A stretch of 64,000 bases of DNA, taken from Betaproteobacteria bacterium (GTDB lineage: Bacteria; Pseudomonadota; Gammaproteobacteria; Burkholderiales; Burkholderiaceae_C). The stretch covers positions 7,718 through 71,717 of the forward strand of contig JAYVLI010000020.1 in the NCBI GenBank assembly GCA_043759535.1, in the 5' to 3' direction. A model generated the notes under the pieces. That model ran no database searches and was not told where the DNA came from. It saw only the letters and a program-made list of their open reading frames with translations. Numbering within the stretch: the first letter of the stretch is position 1; each line of letters opens with the position of its first letter. Below, piece after piece: positions 10,885 to 18,500 of the stretch. The translations under genes and the position numbers were made by a program.

Positions 10885-10965
10885 CGCTGCATGCTCCTGC
10901 GCAAAGGCCAAACCCGGCCGGGTGGTGCCGGCTGGTGCGCCGGCTGATATCCATACCGGTATACA

Positions 10966-10981
10966 AGCAAATGGCGGGCCA
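10966..10981 (-). promoter_or_regulatory. Sigma-54 (-24/-12) promoter of the urea-oligomer operon
   Basis: The minus strand reads TGGCCCGCCATTTGCT, i.e. GG-N10-GC, about 80 nt upstream of the first start codon. Confidence 0.7.
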
Positions 10982-11021
10982 GGCGGTGTGGGCCAGAGCG
11001 GGCAGGAAATGCAGGGTTGGT

Positions 11022-11091
11022 TGCACCGGTAACGTGCGAATACGCGGGGCAGACGCGGCTGTGGCGCGGGCCACGGCACCAAGCTGGCGCA
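11022..11091. promoter_or_regulatory. Two NtrC-like enhancer sites
   Basis: TGCACCGGTAACGTGCG (11022-11038) and GGCACCAAGCTGGCGCA (11075-11091) resemble the NtrC consensus TGCACCA-N3-TGGTGCA and lie upstream of the sigma-54 site. Confidence 0.6.
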
Positions 11092-11217
11092 GCGGTGGGG
11101 CGCTACGGCTTCAGCGCGTGTTGGGCTTTGGCGGCAGGGTGAGGATGGCCTTCAGCGTGTGCAGCGAGGCCTGGGCCGGCATCCCGGTCGCGCGCAACGG
11201 TCAAAAACCTGCGGCCT

Positions 11218-11610
11218 TCACACCTCATCCGCCTCCACCACGAGCCGGTGGCGCTGCACACCACGCACCGCCAAACGCAGCACCAGGCGCAGGGATTCAC
11301 CGGGCGCCAGGGTGCGGGCAAAGCGGTAGTCCAGCCCGTCAAAAGCGCCTGGGTTGCTGCTGGGGATGCGGCGCCGCCATTGCTGGGAGCCGTTGGCCAG
11401 CACGGTCATCTCGTGCCAGGCGCCGTCCAGGTTGTGGCCGCAGCGCACGGTCATCGCACAGGCAATCTCGAAGCGGCGTGTGCGCAGCGGGTCGGCCGGG
11501 ATGGTCAGCACGGCTTGGGCGGCATCACCGGCGTCCAGCAGCCAGCGTTCGGGGCGGGTGCTGGCGGTGCTGGCGGTGCTGGCGGAGGGACGGTTGGATC
11601 GCGTGGTCAT
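11218..11610 (-). CDS. Hypothetical protein, beta-rich, about 130 aa
   Basis: ORF with gene-like composition (QQWRRRIPSSNPGAFDGLDYRF) filling the gap between the operon promoter and the paaI-like gene. Confidence 0.6.
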   Translation of the reverse strand: MTTRSNRPSASTASTASTRPERWLLDAGDAAQAVLTIPADPLRTRRFEIACAMTVRCGHNLDGAWHEMTVLANGSQQWRRRIPSSNPGAFDGLDYRFARTLAPGESLRLVLRLAVRGVQRHRLVVEADEV

Positions 11611-11663
11611 GGCCGGGTTATCGCATGCCCTGCCTGGCGCAGTGGCTGGCCCAGCGGCCCAGC

Positions 11664-12233
11664 TCAACCCGGCTTTTGTGCAAACACCAGGCAGGTGGTG
11701 GTGGCGTGGGCGTACAGCTTGCCGGATGCGTCCACGATGCGGGCCTCAGCGGTGGCCAACTGGCGGCCGCTGTGCAGCACCTGGCCAATGGCGCGCAGCG
11801 GGCCGCTGCGGCTGCTGGCGGCACGCACAATGTTGACACCCAGCTCGGCGGTGGTGTAGCCATAACCAACCGCCAGGCTGGTGTGTACCGCGCAGCCCAG
11901 CGCTGAATCCAACAAGGTGGCAAACCAGCCGCCATGCACGCTGCCCAGCGGGTTGTAGTGCTTGAGCTGCGGTGTGCCCTGAAACACCGCCATGCCCGGG
12001 CCGATCGACAACAAGGCGAAATCCAGCGTCTCGGCGATGTGCGGATAGGGCAGCACACCGTCCAACATGGCTTGCATGATCTCCAGCCCGGTTTTGCCGG
12101 ACACCTGGTGTGGCAGTGCCAGGCCGGGCACACCCCCACCGGCCAGCATGCGCTGGCGCACGGCGGCCAGTTCGGCGTCCCAGTTGCTGGTGTTTGTGGG
12201 GATGCCTGTGGGGGCGTGCAGTGTTGTGTCCAT
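11664..12233 (-). CDS. PaaI family thioesterase (hotdog fold)
   Basis: HYNPLGSVHGGWFATLLDSALGCAV and GKLYAHATTTC. Confidence 0.9.
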   Translation of the reverse strand: MDTTLHAPTGIPTNTSNWDAELAAVRQRMLAGGGVPGLALPHQVSGKTGLEIMQAMLDGVLPYPHIAETLDFALLSIGPGMAVFQGTPQLKHYNPLGSVHGGWFATLLDSALGCAVHTSLAVGYGYTTAELGVNIVRAASSRSGPLRAIGQVLHSGRQLATAEARIVDASGKLYAHATTTCLVFAQKPG

Positions 12234-12245
12234 GTCAGCGTTAAA

Positions 12246-12275
12246 TAGTTGCAACTACAACAATTGTAGGTACAC
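12246..12275. promoter_or_regulatory. Probable MarR operator between divergent paaI-like and marR genes
   Basis: Overlapping palindromes TAGTTGCAACTA and CTACAA-N3-TTGTAG in an AT-rich 50-bp gap. Confidence 0.55.
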
Positions 12276-12283
12276 TCGGCAAC

Positions 12284-12814
12284 ATGCGCACGTCAAGCAC
12301 GCCTAACGCCACCACGGCCAGCACCGCGAGCGCCACCACGCCGCAAGGCTGCACCAATTTCAAGCTGCGCCAATTGCTGCGCCGGGTGGGCCAGCATTAC
12401 GACCTGGCGCTGGCCCGGGCGGGGCTCAAGACCACCCAGTATTCGCTGCTGTCGCATGTGCAAAAACTGGGGCCGCTGCAGCCCGGTGTGCTGGCCCGGG
12501 CCATGACGATGGATGCGTCCACCCTCACCCGCAACCTGCAGCCGCTGGTCAAGGCGGGCTGGCTGGTGCTGGGTGCGGGTGCTGACGGCCGCAGCCGGCA
12601 GGTGGCCATCACTGCAGCCGGCAGCGCCAAGCGGGCCGAGGCACGTGCCCACTGGCTGGCTGCCCAACTGGCGCTGAATGAGCGCCTGGGGGTGGACCGG
12701 GTGCTGGCCCTGCATGCGCTGATCGACGACAGCCTGCCGTTGCTGGACGGCCAGCCGGCGGGCCACTCAACAGCAGAAATTGCCCCAGCCACAGTGGACG
12801 CCTCCGATGACTGA
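12284..12814 (+). CDS. MarR family transcriptional regulator
   Basis: CTNFKLRQ...GLKTTQYSLL...MDASTLTRNL...DGRSR winged helix-turn-helix. Confidence 0.9.
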   Translation: MRTSSTPNATTASTASATTPQGCTNFKLRQLLRRVGQHYDLALARAGLKTTQYSLLSHVQKLGPLQPGVLARAMTMDASTLTRNLQPLVKAGWLVLGAGADGRSRQVAITAAGSAKRAEARAHWLAAQLALNERLGVDRVLALHALIDDSLPLLDGQPAGHSTAEIAPATVDASDD

Positions 12815-14096
12815 CGCCACAACAAGCGCTTCACCCACCCTGCCCCAGCCCAAGCGCAGCTTTGGCGTCTGGGCCGTGCTGCTGGCCGCCGCCTGCTGTT
12901 TTGCGCTGACCATGGGTACACGGCAAAGCATGGGCTTGTTTCTCAGCGCGCTCAACAGTGCCACCCATCTGGGGCTGGGCAGCATCAGCCTGGCGTTTGC
13001 GTTTGGCCAGTTGTGGTGGGGCCTGACCCAGCCGTTTGCCGGCGCGATGGCCGACAAACTGGGCGCCGGCCGGGTGCTGCTGGTGGGGGTGTTGCTGGTG
13101 GCACTGGGCACCTTCATCACGCCGCTGATGACCAGCACTGCCGGGCTGATTTTTGCCATTGGCGTGTTGTCGGCCGGTGGTGCCGGCATGGCCGGGCCGG
13201 CGGTGTTGATGGCCACCACCGCGCGCTTGATCCCACCCGAGCGGCGTGGCCTGGCCACCGGCATCGTCAACGCCGGGGGCTCCGTGGGCCAGTTTGTGAT
13301 GGCGCCGATTGCCGGCGCGCTGCTGGTGGGCCTGGGCTGGGTGAGTGCCATGCAGGTGATGGCCGTGCTGGTGTTGCTGGCCTTGCCGGCAGCCTGGGTG
13401 CTGCGCGGCACTGGCGCTGCGGCACCGGCGGTTGTGGGTGCGGGTGTGGGTCAGAACGCGCCGCTGGCCGCCAAACCGCTGCCGGCGGGTGCGGCCGTGC
13501 GCGCCGCGCTGCGCAACCACAGCTTTTTGCTGCTGGCAACAGGCTTTTTTGTCTGCGGCTTCCACGTCGCGTTTTTGGCCACCCACCTGCCGGGTGTCAT
13601 CGCGGCTTGCGGGCTGCCGGTGCAGTACGGCGCCTGGTCGCTGGCCATGCTGGGCTTGTTCAACATCGTTGGCAGCTTGGGCATGGGCTGGGCGGTGGGC
13701 CGCTGGCGCATGAAGTCGCTGCTGTCGCTGGTCTACACGGCGCGGGCGGTGGCGGTTGTCGCGTTTTTGCTGGCACCCAAAACCGGGCCGGTCATGCTGG
13801 TGTTTGCTGCCGTGATGGGGCTGACGTTTTTGTCCACCGTGCCACCCACCGCTGGCCTGGTGGCCAAGTTTTTTGGCGTTGGCAACATGGCCACGCTGTT
13901 TGGCGTGGTGATGCTGACCCACCAGGTGGGCGGCTTTTTGGGCGCCTGGCTGGGGGGCAAGGTGTTTGAGGCCACTGGCAACTTTGACTGGATGTGGTAC
14001 GCCGATGTGGTGCTGGCCGTGGGCGCGGCGCTGATCCATCTACCGATCAAGGAGGCGCTGGTGGTGCGGCCGCCGCAGCCAGCGGCGGCAGCCTAA
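12807..14096 (+). CDS. MFS transporter
   Basis: About 12 TM segments, AGAMADKLGAGRV (motif A), FFVCGFH and HQVGGFLG. Confidence 0.92.
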   Translation: MTDATTSASPTLPQPKRSFGVWAVLLAAACCFALTMGTRQSMGLFLSALNSATHLGLGSISLAFAFGQLWWGLTQPFAGAMADKLGAGRVLLVGVLLVALGTFITPLMTSTAGLIFAIGVLSAGGAGMAGPAVLMATTARLIPPERRGLATGIVNAGGSVGQFVMAPIAGALLVGLGWVSAMQVMAVLVLLALPAAWVLRGTGAAAPAVVGAGVGQNAPLAAKPLPAGAAVRAALRNHSFLLLATGFFVCGFHVAFLATHLPGVIAACGLPVQYGAWSLAMLGLFNIVGSLGMGWAVGRWRMKSLLSLVYTARAVAVVAFLLAPKTGPVMLVFAAVMGLTFLSTVPPTAGLVAKFFGVGNMATLFGVVMLTHQVGGFLGAWLGGKVFEATGNFDWMWYADVVLAVGAALIHLPIKEALVVRPPQPAAAA

Positions 14097-15118
14097 GACG
14101 CCCCGCCCGCGCCCAGTTGCTGCAGCCGCTTGCGGGCATCGTCCAGCGCTTTGACCGGGCCTTTGCCGGCTGCCACAAAACGCTTCAAAGCGGCGCGCGC
14201 GGCCTCAGCCTGGCCGGCGGCTTGCAGCGCCAGGCCCAGCCGGTAATCAAAACCAAATGCCGCTGCACCTTTGAGTTTGGCGCCCTGTTCATACAGCCGC
14301 ACCGCGTCTGGCATGGCGCCCAGGGCTTGCTGTGCCCGGGCAGCGCCATACCAGCCCACCGCATGGCCTGGGCGGTCCCGCTGCAGGCGCTCAAAAACGG
14401 GCAGCGCCTTGGCGGGCTGGTCTTTGGCCAGCAGTGCAAAGCCGGCCGATTGCGTCCACTGCTGCACGTCCTCGGTCAGCGCGGGGTCACTGCCGGCGCC
14501 GGTGGGCACCGCGTACAACGCGGCCAGCGCGGCGTCAAAACGCTCGTCTTCCAGCGCCACCCGGGCCTGCAACGCCTGCACTTGTTCGGGCTTGGCAGCC
14601 CCGCGCGCGGTGTCTTGCGCCTTGCTGTGGCTGCCGCCCAGCAGGCCGGGCGCCACCAGATAAAACTCCACCACCGCGCTGCGTGCCGGGTACCAGGCGG
14701 GCTGCAGGCGCAAGGCCTCCAACAGCGCCGTTTTGACCGTGCCCACACTGGCCGCCATCTTGGTGATGCCCTGGGCCATGGCGTGGATGCCCAGCACCGT
14801 GCCCAGCGCGTACTGGCATTCAGCGGCCTGGGGCGCTTGCTGCACGCAGGCCTGGGCTTGGTGGATGGCAGCCTCACGTTTGGCACTGTCGTTGCTGGCC
14901 AGGCCCACCATGGCCAGGGCCAACACGGCCTGGCCATCGTCGGCCCGTGCGGCTAAACGCCTCTGCGCAGTGGCCTCCAACTCAGGCAAACGCTCTGCGG
15001 CGTACAGCGCCTGCAAAGCCGGCTCACTGAACAGCTGGGCGCTGGCCGATGTGCTGAGGCTGGCCAGGGCCAGCAGGGTGGCGGGCAGCACGCTGCGCGG
15101 GTGGGCAAAGGGTGTCAT
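14093..15118 (-). CDS. Exported TPR-repeat protein
   Basis: Signal peptide (LLALASLSTSASAQ) followed by helical repeats such as AECQYALGTVLG and FDYRLGLALQAAGQAEAA. Confidence 0.7.
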   Translation of the reverse strand: MTPFAHPRSVLPATLLALASLSTSASAQLFSEPALQALYAAERLPELEATAQRRLAARADDGQAVLALAMVGLASNDSAKREAAIHQAQACVQQAPQAAECQYALGTVLGIHAMAQGITKMAASVGTVKTALLEALRLQPAWYPARSAVVEFYLVAPGLLGGSHSKAQDTARGAAKPEQVQALQARVALEDERFDAALAALYAVPTGAGSDPALTEDVQQWTQSAGFALLAKDQPAKALPVFERLQRDRPGHAVGWYGAARAQQALGAMPDAVRLYEQGAKLKGAAAFGFDYRLGLALQAAGQAEAARAALKRFVAAGKGPVKALDDARKRLQQLGAGGAS

Positions 15119-15238
15119 GCAAACAGGACGCAGCGAGCGCGGTGGACGGAACATCACCCCATCTTGCCTGCCCCAACCGCCACGCCCAGCGGCTTGCGAC
15201 AGTCGGCCGTGGCGGGGGCACAGGCCGCCGATGCCCGG

Positions 15239-15270
15239 GATCAAGCGCCGATCAAACGCCGATCAAACGC
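15239..15270. repeat. 11-bp tandem repeat GATCAA(G/A)CGCC, about 3 copies
   Basis: GATCAAGCGCC GATCAAACGCC GATCAAACGC directly beyond the gshA stop. Confidence 0.75.
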
Positions 15271-15273
15271 GAT

Positions 15274-16812
15274 TCACGCACGCAGACGGTCCGGTGACAA
15301 ATACGCCTGCCGGTACTGCTCAAACAACATCGAATCGGCCGCCTCGATGCGGCGCTGCTCGGCCACCGAGCTTTCAGCCATTGCGGCGTAACGCTGGGCT
15401 TGTGCCTCGGTCCACGGCAGTGCCAGCAGCGCAGCCTGGGTGCGGGCCGACGCATCACGGATGAAGCGCGGATACGAACCCTCAAAACCGTCCACCATGC
15501 GCGCCAGCACCCGGGCCGACGGCAGGCTGTCCGGTGCGGCCAGCGCGGCCCGTGCGGCCTGCAGCGCGTCGCGGTACAGCGCACCGCCGTGGGCCGCGTC
15601 CATCGCGTCGGCAATTGGCGCGCAGTCGTCCAGCAGCAGAGCGGCCCAGTCGGTCAGGGTGATGGTGTGGTCGCCCTGTTCCAACAGCAAACCGGGCTCA
15701 CGGCCACGCGCCGCAGTGCGGTGCTGGTTGCGGCCCAGCGCGGCAATTTCTTCGGGCGTGTCGGGTGGGCTGTCGGCCAGCAGGCAGTGCAGCAAAAAGA
15801 TGTCGATGAAGCGGGTGGTGCCGGCGTTGATGCCTACCGGCTCAAACGGGTCCAGGTCCATGCAGCGCACTTCGATGTATTCCACCCCGCGCTCGCGCAG
15901 CGCATGCAGCGGCCGCTCACCGGGGTAGATCACCCGCTTGGGCCGGATCAGGCCGTAGAACTCGTTTTCAATCTGCAGCAGCGTGGTGGCCAACTGGTTG
16001 TAGTCACCACCCGGGTTGCGCACGCCCACCGTGTCATAGGCCGGATAGGGCTTGGTCAGCGCGTCATACAGGCTGCCGGCGTAGCTTTCCAGGCTGTTGT
16101 AGCTGACCGCCAACGAGGCCTGTGCGTCACTCTGGTAACCCAGCCTGCCCATGCGCAGTGAGGTGCCGTGCGGCATGTGCAGGGTGCCGCTTTGCACACC
16201 GGGAATCGGCTGCAGCTCATGCTGGCGGCCGGCCACAAAATCACCACACACCGCCGGTGAGGCGCCAAACAGATACAGCAGCACAAAGGCGTGGCGGCGG
16301 AAGTTGCGGATCAGCGCAAAGTGTTCGTCATTGCCCAGCCCCGGCATGGACCAGTTGTAGTGGATGCCCGAGATGGTCTGCATGCGGCGGCCATAACGGT
16401 GGCCCAGGCCCATGCGGTAGACACTCTTGGCGCGGCCCACATTGCTGCTGCCATAACGCCCCAGCGGGATGGTCTCGTCCGTGGGCAGGCCGCACGGCAT
16501 GCTGCCCACCCACAACATCTCGGCGTCCGGCCCGGCGCCCAGCGTCTGGTAGACGGCCTGGTGGGTTTCGGTCAACTCGGCCAGGCAAGCCTCGGTATCG
16601 GCATGCACACCGGTGATCAGCTCCAGCTGCGATTCGCTGTAGTCGGTGGTGATGTGTGGGTGGGTGAGTGCCGATCCCAGGCCGGCCGGGTGCGGTGTCA
16701 AGGCCAGGCCGCCGCCGGGCAAAGCGCGCAGGCTTTCTTTCTCGATCCCGCGGCGGATGGCGCGCAAGCGCTCCAGCGGCAGGGCACGCAAACGGTCGTG
16801 CAGTGCTGTCAC
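15274..16812 (-). CDS. gshA: Glutamate-cysteine ligase
   Basis: RGIEKESLR, THPHITTDYSESQLELIT, MQTISGIHYNWS, LLQIENEFY and GVEYIEVRCMDLDPF. Confidence 0.95.
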   Translation of the reverse strand: MTALHDRLRALPLERLRAIRRGIEKESLRALPGGGLALTPHPAGLGSALTHPHITTDYSESQLELITGVHADTEACLAELTETHQAVYQTLGAGPDAEMLWVGSMPCGLPTDETIPLGRYGSSNVGRAKSVYRMGLGHRYGRRMQTISGIHYNWSMPGLGNDEHFALIRNFRRHAFVLLYLFGASPAVCGDFVAGRQHELQPIPGVQSGTLHMPHGTSLRMGRLGYQSDAQASLAVSYNSLESYAGSLYDALTKPYPAYDTVGVRNPGGDYNQLATTLLQIENEFYGLIRPKRVIYPGERPLHALRERGVEYIEVRCMDLDPFEPVGINAGTTRFIDIFLLHCLLADSPPDTPEEIAALGRNQHRTAARGREPGLLLEQGDHTITLTDWAALLLDDCAPIADAMDAAHGGALYRDALQAARAALAAPDSLPSARVLARMVDGFEGSYPRFIRDASARTQAALLALPWTEAQAQRYAAMAESSVAEQRRIEAADSMLFEQYRQAYLSPDRLRA

Positions 16813-16966
16813 CAGGCGTCTCCTCTCGTTTTGATCAGGTCGGCACGCTATCAGAGGGGCGCGACTGGCGTCAGACAGGGGGTTGTTGCCACCTGTGCTA
16901 GGGCAAATGATGCAAAGTCAGTGCCGCCCCACACCCGCCAGCACCTCACCCCAACAGGACCACCCC

Positions 16967-18445
16967 ATGCCCGACGGCTTGACTTTCGATACCCTGCAGG
17001 TGGTGTCTGACCTGCACCTGGGCGGGCGGCCAGGCTTCCAGATTTTCGCCGCCGCCAATGAGCTGGCCTGGCTGGCCCGCCAAGTGGCCGCGCGCCCCGG
17101 CATCGGCCTGGCTGCGCTGGTGGTCAACGGGGACTTCATTGACTTCTTGGCGGAAGAACCGGCACTGGCGTTTGATGCCAGCGGCGCCATCACCAAGCTG
17201 AACCGGGTACTGGCCGACCCCGCGTTTGTGCCCGTGTTTGATGCCTTCAAAGCCTTGCTGGCCACACCCAACCGGCTGCTGGTCATCAACCTGGGCAACC
17301 ACGACCTGGAGCTGGCCCTGCCCACCGTGCGCCGCCACCTGCAGCGCTGCCTGGCACCCGACGACGCCGCCCGCGCCCGCCTGCTGCTGGTGAATGACGG
17401 CACCGGTTTTGCCTGCCAGGTGGGCACAGCCCAGGTGCTGTGTCTGCATGGCAACGAGGTGGACAGCTGGAACGTGACCGACTTTGAGCGCCTGCGCCGC
17501 ATCGGCCGTGATTTGCACTACGGCCTGCCCGACACGCCGTGGACACCCAACGCCGGCTCGCAACTGGTGGTGGAGGTGATGAACCAGGTCAAGGCGCGTT
17601 ACCCGTTTGTCGACCTGCTCAAGCCCGAGACCGAGGGTGTGGTGCCGATACTCGCCGCGCTCAACCCGCAACTGCTGCGCAAGCTGCAGGATTTGACCGG
17701 CATCGCCCGCCGCCGGGCGGTGGACGCGGCGCGTTTGCGCACCGGCTTTCTGGATGCTGACACTGCGGCCACTGCTGACTCCGCCGGCGCAGCGCCGCTG
17801 TCCTGGTCTGTGCCGGCCGCCGGCCCACCTGGCCAAGGTGCCGCCGCCCTGCTGGCCCGGGCCGAGACCGCCTGGCAGCACGGCGTGCAGCCCATCACCC
17901 TGGTGCGGGGTGACGCCGGTGAGCAGCTTGGCGTGTGGGGCGCCACCTGGGACTGGTTGACTGGCAAACCGCGCGCCGAGGTGCTGCGTGAAGCGCTGGA
18001 GTTTTTGGACAAAGACCGCAGCTTTGACGCCGCCGCACCCGACGACACCTTCAACAGCATTGACGCGCTGGTGGCGCCCGGCATCGACATCGTGCTGACC
18101 GGCCACACCCACCTGGAGCGCAGCCTGCGCCGCCAGCGCGGCTTTGGCCACTATTTCAACAGTGGCACCTGGGCCAAGCTCATGTGCATCAGCCCCCAGG
18201 TGCGGCAAGACCCGGCCCGTTTTGCCCGCCTGTTTGCGCTGCTGGACGGCAGCCCGGTGGCCGCACTGGCTGCGGCCGAACCCACGCTGGTGCTGCAGCG
18301 CAATACCGTGGTCAGCCTGTGGCGCGATGCCGCTGGCGCCACCCAGGCCGAGCTGCGCCATGTGGCGGCTGACGCCACCGCGCCCGGTGGCTACCTGGCC
18401 AGCAGCGTGCCCGGCAGCCGGCACACCGCAGGCCTGCGCAGCTGA
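16967..18445 (+). CDS. Calcineurin-like metallophosphoesterase with a large helical insertion
   Basis: All metal motifs appear in order: SDLHLGG, NGDFIDF, GNHD, LHGN, GHTH, then YFNSGTW. Start placed after a CAGGA RBS. Confidence 0.85.
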   Translation: MPDGLTFDTLQVVSDLHLGGRPGFQIFAAANELAWLARQVAARPGIGLAALVVNGDFIDFLAEEPALAFDASGAITKLNRVLADPAFVPVFDAFKALLATPNRLLVINLGNHDLELALPTVRRHLQRCLAPDDAARARLLLVNDGTGFACQVGTAQVLCLHGNEVDSWNVTDFERLRRIGRDLHYGLPDTPWTPNAGSQLVVEVMNQVKARYPFVDLLKPETEGVVPILAALNPQLLRKLQDLTGIARRRAVDAARLRTGFLDADTAATADSAGAAPLSWSVPAAGPPGQGAAALLARAETAWQHGVQPITLVRGDAGEQLGVWGATWDWLTGKPRAEVLREALEFLDKDRSFDAAAPDDTFNSIDALVAPGIDIVLTGHTHLERSLRRQRGFGHYFNSGTWAKLMCISPQVRQDPARFARLFALLDGSPVAALAAAEPTLVLQRNTVVSLWRDAAGATQAELRHVAADATAPGGYLASSVPGSRHTAGLRS

Positions 18446-18500
18446 CGCGCTCGCCAACAACAACAGGCGTCACAGCCGCCCAGCGTTTTTGAAAGCCACC

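Noticed and set aside
18144-18500. 817-aa version of the CHAT ORF, or a frameshift fusion with the phosphoesterase
   Set aside because: The extension overlaps the phosphoesterase in another frame and reads like high-GC off-frame sequence. No slippery site is evident, and ATG 18501 begins a protein-like sequence.
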